Shown piece after piece: positions 1-13,334 of a DNA stretch of 64,000 bases. The DNA comes from Chrysomallon squamiferum. Lineage: Eukaryota; Animalia; Mollusca. Within the stretch, counting starts at the first letter, position 1, and each line of letters begins with the position of its first letter. The position numbers were made by a program, and so were the translations under genes. The stretch lies in NCBI GenBank assembly GCA_012295275.1, contig CM022671.1:18228001-18292000 (forward strand), in the 5' to 3' direction. Below the pieces are notes generated by a model. That model did no database searches. It was not told the DNA's origin and saw only the letters and a program-made list of their open reading frames with translations.

Positions 1-53
<53 letters not shown>

Positions 54-242
54 AGTTGTGTTTGTTTTTTTTATAATTTTTACATTTATATGGCGCCGTA
101 TATATAATTATGAATCGTACAGATAATGACAGAGCAATGACAATTTGCAACAGGAGATCTATACACACATACCCATAGACAGGAAAATCAGCAGTGGAGC
201 ACTGGGGAGAGAGAAATTTAATTCGTTTTCTTGTTGTTATTG

Positions 243-274
<32 letters not shown>

Positions 275-538
275 TTATTTACTATTTTTTGCTCTGTATT
301 TTTAATTCTGCCCATTACCTGCAGAATGTTGTAATAAATACACAAATAAACACATACACAGACGAATAGAAAGAAAAAAGAAAGAAAGAAAAGAATGTGA
401 AAACTATTGAGTACCAACAAATAAACAAGGGCAACTAAGTAAATTCTTAACTACAGGAAATAATATGTTTGTCTAAATAGTTACTTCTCTTAACGAATCG
501 TAAACATCTGCGTACGTGCATCCAGGGGAGCGTCACTA

Positions 539-593
<55 letters not shown>

Positions 594-757
594 GGCCATC
601 TCCCAAACTTAATTTTCACATTATAATACCATAGTAAATTCCAGCCTTTAATATGTGTCGAATTTACATAATTTTATATCTAACATTACGTCATTTTTTG
701 AAACAAATTTGTAAATGGTGCAATAAACTCTAATAATAAAAATAATAATAATAATAA

Positions 758-792
<35 letters not shown>

Positions 793-999
793 GAATATGC
801 ATAGGACCATCCTTTGCATGTATGGATCTTTAAATAAATGATCTCAAACACTGATGGAAAGATAAACTACGAACAGGTGCGATATGGGTCAGCGTGCAAT
901 ATCAATTCTAACACTGACATGACTATGAAAATTAAATTAAGAAGAAAAAAAAAGAGCAACACCGTGACACCATTATGAGCCCGCAACAATAAACATGTT

Positions 1000-1400
1000 T
1001 ACTCTGTTTTCGGTTAACCGCGATAACACTGGCTTGCGAGATTATGTAAGCACCTCAAGTCTACTTCGGCTCAGTCTGTGACCTCAACTCAAGATGCGTC
1101 ACGAATTTTCAGCCAATCGATTCTTGTTTCTATGGCTTGTTTACGCCAAACTGCGTCATAACCGGATCGTTTCTCTTTAGATCGCTACGCCTTCTGGAGA
1201 ATGATTAACGATAGGACGAATTCAGCACTTGGAATCGCGTAGGTGTAGCGTTTAATTACGTACGTTGCTGAATGCGGTTATTCGCGGTTCACTCTCCGGC
1301 CATCGGTTCGGTGTAGATTTGTTTTGCTATATCTCGGATATCATCGATTTTTCTTCCTTGCAAACCCACCTACGTGCCAGTCGCTCAACATGAAAGCTAT
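1000..1400. promoter_or_regulatory. CpG-rich promoter/enhancer-like island
   Basis: High CpG density, AGCCAATC at ~1111, two TGCGTCA; no ORF. Confidence 0.35.
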
Positions 1401-1631
1401 TGAAAATATCGATCATCTGGTTATTTTCTCCGCATTAAAAAATAAACTAGTGATATGAAGCTAGTTCAGTAATTAACGACACATAACACATCGTTTTATT
1501 TATTTATTTACATTCACTGCTTGAGAGAGCATAAGGAAAACGGAAAATTGGGTCGTTGTCCCTCTCCATCTACTCACACACATATACCTATCTCCTGTTT
1601 ATTCTCATAAACACACACGCACAGACACACA

Positions 1632-1726
<95 letters not shown>

Positions 1727-3404
1727 GGTATTCAGTTTGTCAGATTCCAAACATGAAAATATACGTTTCACAGTGCATCGCTTTTTGTGTGTTTTTTTTT
1801 TTTTTTTTTTTTTTAAAAAATGTATTAAAGCACTCTTTTTCTCTTTACCTCTGTATTTAGAATCGAAAGTGTGCCGCCTGGTTAAGAAGTATTTTACTGA
1901 GAGGCTAAATGAAGACTTGCTGTAAATTGGGAACATGTATTATATTTAAGATAAGATTACAGCATCCAGCAAGTTTGTGGTTGATTTATTGTCATGTCGT
2001 GATAGGGTGTGCTTTTCTGTCTCAGAATAAATGTACAAGGATAACATGAGCAGTAATGCGTACACGGTCGTCATATCAAATGTTCTTCATTCTTCTGTGA
2101 TTACATAACGCACAACAAATCAAAATAATCAAAATTAGTTTCACACACTTGTTCGAAATCCGATAGGTAATCGTGGTTACGAAATTTCAAGTTCACATAC
2201 CTCATACCTGTCTGGGTGAAAAACGGATGCAATTCACTGATCCCCATTTGAATGATAAAACCGCATTTTCATTTTGATACGCATACCCCAACCTGGATAT
2301 TATTAGCTCATAACCTGTATTTTACACACCACTGGACGACTTTACCTTGTAACTTGAGCCTCTCCCGCATAAAGATAGCTCTGTTCTCTGAGGAAGCTGT
2401 GTGTGATAAATGAGTTAAAATGAAACTACAGCAAAGTCCGAAGTCGACGAGCAGAAACTAACATATTTAAAGACGACCATATATCCCTGTACGTGATTAT
2501 TGTGAGAGAAGGAATGTGTTACGTGGAAAAACATGTCGTTTTATTATGGGAAATTAAAATGTACAGTCATTTATACAGACCGTGTGATGGGGAAGAAGAA
2601 AGTAGAAACATATCTGCTACGTTATTATACTAATCACATGCAGACACACACATATACAAACTTATATGTGTGTGTGTGTGTGTGTGTTTGCGTTCGTGTG
2701 TATATAATTGTTTTTACTTAAACTCCTATATATACCTACCTACATACATTCATACATAAAAACATATATATATATATATATATACACACATCACACAAGG
2801 ATGAAATGAAATGAAAAAAACTTAACGTACTAATCAGAACAAGCTGTTGTGAAGCACGTCTCACAAGGATAATATGAGCAGTATATATATATATTAGTAG
2901 TAGTAGTAGTAGTAGTAGTATTGTTGTTGTTGTTACAAGGAAGTATTATTTCATAAATAATAGCCTGTAATTATAATCATCATACAACCGGAGGGGGGAA
3001 TTAAGAAAAAAAAAAAAAAAAAAAAAAACAATCTTAAGTGGGTTTAATTTGCATGTGGAAAGCAGATACACCGCTTTTAGCCGTGAGATATTATGTGTTT
3101 TTACATCACTAATTACACATTGTTTCCCCTTTCTCTGACGTCACTGCTCTGTTCAAGTTTACTGTGATTTGACAGTGTTGGTTTTCTCAGTGTCTTGGCG
3201 GCAAGTTCACACAAGAAGCAGAAAACTAACGAGGAACAATGGTTCGCAGACTGGTCCAAGCTAGCATGGTTTGAACAATGAACAATCGTTAACCTTCGGA
3301 TACTGTTATACCAAACAACAAATAAAGAGCAGATTAAATAATTACACTACAACTCTTACCCAGTATGACAACAGCCACCACTACCATAACAACAAGAACA
3401 ACAC

Positions 3405-3467
<63 letters not shown>

Positions 3468-3958
3468 GCAACAACAGCAACAACAGTAATAATACTATGT
3501 TAACTGAATTAATTGGCTCATTATTTATCTTTTAAATTATTTAAACCATTTACGCATTCTTTGAATCAGACTCAGAGTGTAATATGTATGACGTATTAAT
3601 TTATAATTATCCTTGAAAGATTGAATGCAAAATAATTCAAATGAACTTCCTGCAAAATTGCACGTTTCAGAATAAGAAGGAAGTATTTCTTTTAATTTTT
3701 TTTTACCTTATTTGATAAGGGTGTTTTGTTTTCTTTTGTCTTCATTTCCACTGATAAATATATTACGTTTAAGAACTTAAGTACGTAAGTAGTAAGAACA
3801 GAAAGTCGTTATTTTCAACGCGTGAGTTACGGCACGTCATTAATGCTGAAAACGTGACAGCTATACTTTGCTATATAGATTATTCGTATTTGTAAACTGT
3901 ATATTAGAAATGTGTGCATGTTTATCAGAAAAACACAGAAACAAACATTTCATTTATG

Positions 3959-3994
<36 letters not shown>

Positions 3995-5205
3995 AAGAAA
4001 GAATTAAAGAAAGAAAGAAAAAAGAAAAAATACCACATGATGCAGATGAAGTTTTTTATTTATTTTATTTTTATTTTTTTCAAGGAAGTAATTTTTATGA
4101 AATCTACACGCGTTTATTTATCATCCTTGTTTTTTCTGTTTTGGTTTTCCCGTTTCTGCTGTAATAATTTATTTTTAGAGACACGCAAAGAATTATTTTT
4201 GAAAGTGAGGAGAAGTACGCATGATTATTACTGTATATGCAAGTCTTAAGTGTTAAATGTATGTTCGTGTTTGATTTTCTTTAGTAATTCAGACTTAAGA
4301 AATTGTGTGCATGTTTTTCTCTCTCTGTGTTGGTGTGTGTGTGTGTGTGTGTGAGGTCAAAACCATTTCATTTTAAAATGTTTACGTCAGTGCGCGATTT
4401 CTGCCTGTTACGAAATCTGACATCTTTGACTCACATATGATAAACTGCATTTTTTTTTACACGCTCCACTAATTGAACCATTTCTCGTATCTTATGTTCC
4501 GATTCATTTCTTTCTTTTTTTTTTTTTTTTTTTTTTTTGGCCTGTGAATCATTTGTAACAGTTATTTTGAAAGACTGCTAGCGGCTTCTGCAAGTTTATT
4601 TTTAGAATTTTGCTTCACGAATATTAAAAAAAGAAAAAACATCCTGTTTTGGCATCTTTTATTTTCTCGATTTTCTGTACGGGTAGTCGACAACGCCTGG
4701 TATTATGTTAACCTTTTTGTCCGATTACTTTTTTTTAATTTTATTATTATTAATTTTTTTTTTTAAATCTTGTTTATCTGCACCGTTCAAAATCAAACAG
4801 AAGTCTATTATGCTTACAAATAAAAGCTTTTGACAGCTAATGTTAAAATTCTGTTTCTTGACACATTTACATTAACAAAAGAAAACATAATTTTATGTTT
4901 CTGCGTGGGAAATATGTAGGTTTAAGTGTATATGTGCGTACGTTTGGTCTGACGACACAAATAAAATTGTGAATATTATAGAAACTTAATACAAACGTGT
5001 GTGTATGTGTTTGTGATCTGTAGGACATTAATTTAGAAATATTGGTATTTTAACCGAAAGCATACAATCGTTAGACTTATCTATGTGTCTAAATGAAATA
5101 TAGATCTACCCCCCACTGAGCAACAAACTTTAATTTTTTTTTTTTTTTTTTTTTAAATCATTAAGCTTTGTATATTTTAGATGTGGAATAAAAACATTAC
5201 AATAA

Positions 5206-5236
<31 letters not shown>

Positions 5237-5840
5237 ATATGTCAACTTCTTGGCAAAGAAACGAACTTCGACTTGCATTGTTACACGACAGTCGCAATAA
5301 CCCACACTCTAACGTCGTTTCTTTTCTTTCTCTCTCTTTTTTTTTTTTAAATGTATGTATAAACGTGATTGTAGACGTATGTCTATCCACGAAGATAAAC
5401 ACCGATTGTGAGGGACGACGTCAAACAGAACCGAAAATGTTCACGGATCTTAGATTTAAAAAAAAAAAAATTTGTGCGAGTTTAGTCACGTTACAACAGC
5501 CAACCATTTTATCCTGTCGAATTAACTCGTCAAAAGTTGACCTAGTTACTACATTGCTTTGTGTATTTTGGGCGGACTATGAAAGAAGCGCCGTTTATTT
5601 TGAAAAATGTATTATTCATTTTTTGAATCTGATACTGTTTTATCACAAGTCTGATACATGAAAAAATTGTTGTTGTTGTTGTTGCTATTATTATAAAAAT
5701 CTGAAATGGATTTTATATTATATTTTATTTATAACTGTAAAGAAAATACTAATTCAAGCGGTCACTTTTATTATTTCTAAACAATCCTCCTTTTTAAATT
5801 ATTATTATTCGAATATGAAGGTTTATTAATCAATATTAAT

Positions 5841-5876
<36 letters not shown>

Positions 5877-8028
5877 CTCATTCGTATCGTTTTCAGAAAG
5901 CCAGGTCCTGAATATAAAATAATAAAGGGAAAAATATTCACAGATCAGTTTCATATGGGTATTACCATCAAATATCGCTTTTAACTATCGGCTGAAAAAT
6001 ATTTCTTATTAAAGCCACATATTTAGCGTGTGTATGTTTAGCATAACTAATTTATACTTTTTAATTTGGTTGGATGTGAAATTTGTCAAAAGAGTATAAC
6101 TAAACTTGACTTTCTTATTTTCATAAATGGTTTCTTCATTCATCAATTTTACTTATTTCTGAACGTTTATTGTTATTATACTTCTAACTTGAAAACTTCT
6201 TTTTCATCCACTATGCTGTTGACAAATGTGAGATTTTGAAAGGAAAATAAATGACTGTCAAATCACATCAAAGTCTATTCCGAGTCCAACAATCGACGAA
6301 ATGTATTTAGGTTGCATAGTTTAATAATCTTTTAAAAATGTTAATTAGACTTGTTTATTATATTTATAAATGTTTTAAACTTTTTTTTAGATTATTATTA
6401 TTGTTACTTCTAAATAGTTAATTTGTGAAACAGCAACATTTGAGAATTAAATGTAGACTTTTGAAATAAAGAATTTTATAGGAAACAAGTTTTCATTGTG
6501 TATACTGAATTGAAACCAAGTTCTAGTGTTTTCTTTTTCTCTCTTTCCTGCAAGTTACATGAACGCTGTTTTCTTTTCTTTAAATGAAACATCATACAAA
6601 AGATAAAATAAATAAATAAATAAATAAACAAACAAATAAATGAAAATAAAAAATACTTGTTTTTTATTTAAAGTTCAACAATATTGCTTTAATTTGTACT
6701 CAGTTCCATACAAAATTGATGGCTGAGAGGTAATGGACAATAAAAAATTGTTTTGTTGATTTATATTTATGGAAATTTATAAAAATAAATCATGATATAT
6801 TTTTTTAATTTTTTTTTTTTTTTTTAAATGCTTATAATTATATAATAATGATTTTTCTAAGTTTACAAATTTGTAATCATGTTTATAACCATTTGTGAAT
6901 GTTTTTATATAACTGAAACAAATTATTTTTTCAACGTATCAATTAATAACAACAAAATAACAAAAACTTCAATTACTAATTGATTATACAAATTTCAAAA
7001 TGCCTTTGGCGGGAATGGCCATTTCATGAGAAAGATGCTTGAAATATAGCTGTATTCAGGCAATTCAAAAGGAAGGAAATACCAAACCTAAGCATGTTTG
7101 CTTGTGTTTAGGTCAAAACTTATACACCATGAAGTCACCATATGGTACATACCAGGTTGACAAAGGAGTGGTCTAAATTCTTTTTGGAAGCAAGCAGAAG
7201 TTTCTCAAAATCTCTCACGTCAATTTACCTTTTATTCCCATCCAATCTAACCATACCTAATCAATCTAATTCACATCTATCTACATTTTTTTTAATGGCT
7301 TAAATCAAAACCAAAGTTCATTTCATTATAACTGTTGTAACACAAATGCTGATTTATCATAGTGAACTACAAAAATTAATGTTTCTTATCTGTATGTATA
7401 TATATGTAAAGAAATATACCTAAAGCAAAACAAGTGAACTAAAATATCAACTCATGTTACTCGAAGCAAGAAGTTTCATCTTCAGAAAATAAAAAGCCAT
7501 CATAAAAATTAAAGTCTCTTTGAACTACATTTTTACCCATTTCCATCAGTTTGATCATGTACTATATTATTTTTTGTTTGTTTGACGTGAAACCAAAATA
7601 ATTGTGACAAAGCAAAACCAGTGAATGAGAAATTATGAAATTTTAACGGCTTTTTAAATTCAGAGCCCAATTTCATACATGCAAAATGAATTGGGGACAA
7701 GAATTAAATTAATACTATACCCATTAAATTTTAAGTAATCAGATACTTAAACTGCATACGTAAACCTAAGGAATCGAGTATTCCAATATTTGATTTTTAA
7801 AAAAACAAAAAACAAAATTCACTTATACATTAAATAATTGAGATTTATTCCCATTTTTTTCTTTTTTCACTTTTATGAAAAAGAAATTTCAATTGCATTG
7901 AATACAATCACAGAAACTGTGATTAAAAAACTACACATCAATGCAATTGTTTGACAACAAATATACATCCATAAACTTTGGTCAGGTACTAGAGATCACA
8001 TCAAATAGGAATAAAATATGAAAGACAT

Positions 8029-8034
8029 TTTATT
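8029..8034 (-). terminator. Candidate polyadenylation signal of BTG (AATAAA on minus strand)
   Basis: TTTATT on plus strand ~420 nt past the stop codon; more distal sites are also possible. Confidence 0.45.
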
Positions 8035-8455
8035 TTCTTATGAATAAAGCACTCAAATTAACTTTTGTGCATCTTCAATCTTGCACCCTGACCTTACACA
8101 ACAGTTTGATAAATGCCTTAAATTTATAATCATTCATTCTGGAAATAATTCTCAATCACTGTAGAATTACAATTCTGTACACACATTCCATATAAAGATG
8201 GCTTTAGTCCATCATCACCAGTATGACATCACAATTTTCACCAAGAGACAAAATGTTTTCATTTGCATGGTCTAGCACCAACATCCTAGCACTACATTCA
8301 TCAAAAAGTTCTCGCAGTAGCAAAAAAAAATTGATGAATACTGAAATCTCAGTCCATGGTACATGATGGGTTGTCATTCCCCAGGATTGTATGTACAAAT
8401 GAAGATGAAATCTTTGGCGAGGATTCGTGAGCTGAACCATGGATGTTGGGCGAGA

Positions 8456-8992
8456 TTAACTGGAAACGAAAGCTGCTGCCAATTGCTTCAAGTTGTCCCT
8501 GGGCATCGAATTCATAAACTGACCCTTGCAGTAATACGAATTTGTCTCCTCTTGTTGGCCGTTTTGAGAAGAAAGTGACTGAGACTGGACTGGAGTATTA
8601 TTCTGCGAGGATGACTGCTTCTGGCACATTACGTGAGGTAAATCGCTCTGATACAACATCCCAATGCTGCCATTTTCGCCGATTCGGTACGCCACTTCTC
8701 TCGGGTCCACCCACATTGTCAGTTCCCTGGGTAACAACTCTCGGATCATCTCCATCGAAACTCCACAGGATTCGGCTGCTTGTTTGATAAGTGGATCCAT
8801 CCTGTGGTTGATTCTTAGACATCTGTAACCACTACCTTTGCATGGCGTTTCAGGAAACCAGTGATTCGAATAGTGTTCACTCATTACATTCTGCAAAGTT
8901 GTCCGAAAATTCTCAATTTTATCTGCCGAAACATTCTGAGCTCTTAACAGATTAGACAAGAAATCGGTAGCACTTCTTATTTCGTTTTTCAT
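8456..8992 (-). CDS. BTG: BTG/Tob (APRO) family antiproliferative protein, BTG1/BTG2-like, 178 aa, single coding exon
   Basis: N-terminus MKNEIRSATDFLSNLLR; box A HYSNHWFPETPCKGSGYRCLRIN; box B LPRELTMWVDPREVAYRIGE; box C-like ENGSIGMLY; low-complexity Q/S tail; ATG to TAA uninterrupted. Confidence 0.97.
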   Translation of the reverse strand: MKNEIRSATDFLSNLLRAQNVSADKIENFRTTLQNVMSEHYSNHWFPETPCKGSGYRCLRINHRMDPLIKQAAESCGVSMEMIRELLPRELTMWVDPREVAYRIGENGSIGMLYQSDLPHVMCQKQSSSQNNTPVQSQSLSSQNGQQEETNSYYCKGQFMNSMPRDNLKQLAAAFVSS

Positions 8993-9299
8993 GTCTATTA
9001 TTTAATAAAACTCATTCACTTTAAAGACTGTCAAAACAAAATTTGTTATTGTTTTGTTTTACTAAGAACCGCCAATGTCAAAGGAATTTTACTTCTTCCA
9101 GATTGTTGACAAAATACACGTGAAAAGCAGCCAAACACTACAATTTCTGATGAACAGGTAAGTCTAATAGAAACAAAAACAATGTCTTTCCACAAATATC
9201 TACTGTTCTTACACTCAAAAAAAGCCTTCTCTCTCTTCCCAACGATAACACTTCTACCGCCTTTGTCTTTCTTTTCCCGAATGCAGTAATGGCGTACCC

Positions 9300-9490
9300 C
9301 TGTTGTGTATTTGTGCAGCTGACTCAACCTACGTCACAAATTCATAGGCACGTGACAGGCAACAACCAACGAGCATTCGTTTGGAACAGTGAGGATATTT
9401 GCCATAAAAGGAGTAACCAAAAATAAAACTGACGCGTAAACACCACTCACAGCCCGAGTTTCCTATTGATAAGTCACGTGACACTTATTT
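9300..9490 (-). promoter_or_regulatory. BTG promoter motif cluster
   Basis: TGACTCA 9320-9326, TACGTCA 9330-9336, CACGTGAC 9349-9356, CArG CCATAAAAGG 9402-9411, GTAAACA 9436-9442 and GTCACGTGAC 9473-9482, all 330-490 bp upstream of the ATG. Confidence 0.7.
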
Positions 9491-10999
9491 ACGTACTTGC
9501 TTATGAAAACAGGTCGAGTAATAACACAATGAGCTGAGAATATTCTGGAAATCTGCACGTAGCCACATGCGGTTTTGAGACCAAGGTTAACCTTTCGTGA
9601 CTTAATTTCTAAATGAGAAACGTTGGGTTGCCAGCCATGAGAATTATTTATTTATTACTTAATATTATTATTTTTAATCATTTGACTAATACGATATACT
9701 TGAGAATGATAAACTCAGTGCGTAATGGTCGAATACAAATAATAATAAACAAAATAAAACTACTACCACCGCTACTACTATTACTACTACTACTACTACT
9801 ACTACTAGTAACAATATATAGATTTACTACTTTAAGAATTACCTAATGACTAGTAACAGTAACACAGCCATGCACATTAAATAACAAAAATAATAAATCC
9901 ATTTAATAATATTCTAAAATAAATAAGAAAAGAAATAATGTAAACAGTGTAACAACAGTCGATTCTTCACAAATACACACAGCAACAAACGTTGTTGGTG
10001 GTGTTGTCAGTCAGTTAGCTGATCTGTTTTTCGTTTTGGGGTATCAAACATTTATTGTTGTTGTTGATATTGTTGTTATTAGAAGAAATAGAAGTAAAAT
10101 AGTAGTAGCAGTCGTATTAGTAACAGTTGTAGTACTAGTAAAACGAATGTAAATATTTTTGAAATATATAACATAATACCCCCCATAAAAAAACCCCAAA
10201 GCCAAACAACAACAGTTGGATCGGGCAATCTGAGTAGTAGTAGTAATAATAGTAACAATAATAATAATAAATGCATGTTTATAAAATTATATTAATGAAA
10301 GAAGTCTAAGTTTTCTGTGTTTTTTGTTATTAGAAACATAAATGTGAATTGTAAATGCAAACAAGGGACATTAGTCATGGAAAATATTAGAAGCATCCAA
10401 GGGTTGTTTCCCTTGTCCAGGACATATTTTATTATTAACGTATATTACCATTAATTCCAGATTTTGGTTACCCCACGTATACAATACAAGCGTAAATAGC
10501 ACTTAAGAAGTTTAGATTCCAGATAAAGTGTAATTATGTGGAACACATTATAATTTATTTATTTATTTTTTGTATTATTTATTTATTTATTTTTTGTATT
10601 ATTTATTTATTTATTTTTTGTATTATTTATTTATTTATTTTCAATTATTTCAATTTTTTAAAATTATTTTTTAGTGGTGGTGGCACATTTGTATAATATT
10701 TAATTACCCCCCTCGATTGTAATAAAAGTTCTGTTTTTGGCATTTTCTGTTTAATAAACTGTAATTAACACATACAAATAACCACAGATATTACTGATTC
10801 TCTTTTATGTCATGATCATGATAATAATCATTATCAGAGGTGGGAGAATTTTTTTTTTTTTTTTTTTTTGCACATATGAATCCCTCTTAATTTATATTGT
10901 TTTTGAACTGTAATTAGCACCTGTCAAATTGAAGAGCTCATGATCATACTTAATTAGTGCCTGTTACATTTGTGTTTTGTGTAAACCGACTGACACACA

Positions 11000-11102
11000 G
11001 TAGTGTTTAAAATTAACATTAAGCTGACATGAATTTTTCACTTAATGTATTTTTAAAAATTATAGTATCAATGATGCAGGTTATGCCTCTCCATCCTTCT
11101 CT

Positions 11103-11158
<56 letters not shown>

Positions 11159-11366
11159 GCTGTGTCTTTCATTGTTTCTTTCTCTCAAATATTTTGAAAG
11201 TTCAGCTATATTTTGTATCAACTGTAGTATTTGAAATTAATTAACATTAAGCTGACATGAATTTTTCACTTTTTGAATTGATGCATTTTTAACAATTCTC
11301 TCTCTCTCTCTCATTATTTCTCTCTCACTATCAGTGTATTTCATTATTTCTCTCTCTGTATTTCAT

Positions 11367-11411
<45 letters not shown>

Positions 11412-11560
11412 GTATTTCATTATTTCTCTCTCTATCTCTGTATTTCATTATTTCTCTCTCTATGAAATATTTTCTAAATTACAGCTATATGTTGTTTTCA
11501 GAATTAACTGACATTATGCTGATATGAATTTTTCATTAATGTTTTGAGTAATGTATTTTT
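11000..11560. repeat. Three ~230-260-bp tandem units with embedded (CT)n
   Basis: AATTAACATTAAGCTGACATGAATTTTTCACTT at 11011 and 11239, diverged copy at ~11502; internal TATTTCATTATTTCTCTCTC sub-repeats. Confidence 0.8.
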
Positions 11561-12254
11561 TAATAACTATAATATTTTTGAAACATGTTACATATACACA
11601 CAAACATAGAAACAAATGAAAGGAATGGGGGTAGGTACAAAACTCTTTTTTTTCCCTTTTGCAGGTAGGTTTTAATATATAAAATTATATCTCTTCTGTT
11701 TTAAGTTACTAAAATCTGTTAAACATTTTGCAGCAAGGAACCTTGTTTAAACCACAGAAAAGCAATAGACCAACCATAGTTTAATAAATGTCTTAGAGAG
11801 TACCTCCTGTGGTCTGAATAAATGGTGTAACAAAATGATTTATACTTCCAAATTGTTATTTTATTGTTTTTGGTGATCTGTAATTGTTCATAACAAAGTA
11901 TGGTAATAAAGAGATATGTTTAAACTGCACTCTTTTGTCATACTTTTTTAAATATATAATATGATAACAAAAAAAAATAGATAAATAAAAAAAATGATAA
12001 AAAAAATATATAGTAATAATAAATAAAAAAATATGATAATAATAAAAAAATAGAAAAAAAATAAAATAAATAAAAGCAATAATAATAATATTAATAATAA
12101 TAATAATAAAGCCTAACTTTGAATATTTTGATTATTTTTTTCACATATTCCCAGGAAAACTATAAAAAAATAAAACAGCTAAAGAAATTTTAATACCAGC
12201 ACAGCTTAGATATCATTGTTTTACTATAACAATATCTTATGGGTTATTATTTTT

Positions 12255-12830
12255 GGTCACCAGCAAGGGCTCTTTTATATTTAAACTATTCCTAGACAGA
12301 GAAATGCATACCAGAAGTTTCTGTAAACTAAATATACAGTACATATCATAACAGCATATCAAGGATTGAACTTGTGACTGTACACTCCACAGAATAGCTC
12401 CCTCAGTCATTTTAAATTCTTACATAAAAACTTTGTAGAAATGTTGGTGATATTCAAAATGTTGCATTTAAAATATTCCTAAACAGGAAAATACATAACT
12501 TATAACATTGTTAACTTGTATATACAACACTGATTTAAAAACAAGTAACATCTTAGCAGCATGGCAAGGTTTGAGCTCATGACCCTGGACACTCCACAGA
12601 CTATTTTTTTTTATAACATTTTTTATAATTTGTTTATGTAGATATGTTGAGATATTCAAAATGTTATATTTAAATTATTCCTAGGTAGGAAAACTTTCCC
12701 TGCAGCATTCTGTAAACTAAATATAAGCACAAACGGAAACAAATTTATCCTATCAAGGTTTAATCTATGAAACTTCATCCTCTAAAGACTAGTTCTCTTG
12801 CCATTTTAAAGCTCTTGCATAAGCAGCATT
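12255..12830 (-). repeat. Three diverged ~200-bp tandem units, SINE-derived
   Basis: Recurrent TATTCCTA, TCTGTAAACTAAATA, CAAGG(A/T)TT, ACACTCCACAGA and GATATTCAAAATGTT blocks; begins with the reverse SINE core CAGCAAGGGCTCTTTTATAT. Confidence 0.6.
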
Positions 12831-13334
12831 ATGCAGACTCTTAGAATACTTGTATTATTTATATTATATAGTTGCAGGATAGCCAGGCAGTCAATGAAAC
12901 TGTTAGCAGTTTGTTGTGGTGTGAAGTAGCTATGATGTAGTTGAATGAGACACAGCTGTTAGATTAATTTGAGAGCAACCATGTTTGGTGGAATAATATT
13001 AATGAGAAAGAAGATAGTATGGCATAAAAACAGAATTAACATATATATATATATATATAATTTTTTTTTCCACAGTAGTTGTGATACAAGTACAAATTGT
13101 CAATAAATAATTTTATTTAAATATGAGTTTTGTGTGGGTTTTTTTCATGATAAATTTCAAATAGTGTTTTGTTATCTAGTAATAACATAGTTATTAAGAT
13201 TATACTGTTTACGTCTGCTACATTTATATTACGCATAATTATATTTAAGCATAATTATCAATAATGAGGCCAAGCTTTGTGAACTTCAATTAATTTTTGT
13301 TTTTGAGAATAATTTCACAACAAAAAATTAATTC

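Noticed and set aside
8204-8822. ORFs overlapping BTG on either strand (and similar ones over ARF1 at 16934-17484 and the orphan gene)
   Set aside because: Shadow frames of real coding sequence.
9155-9163. Perfect plus-strand splice donor CAG|GTAAGT antisense to the BTG leader
   Set aside because: One 9-mer is expected by chance in a window this size; no supporting exon or promoter.
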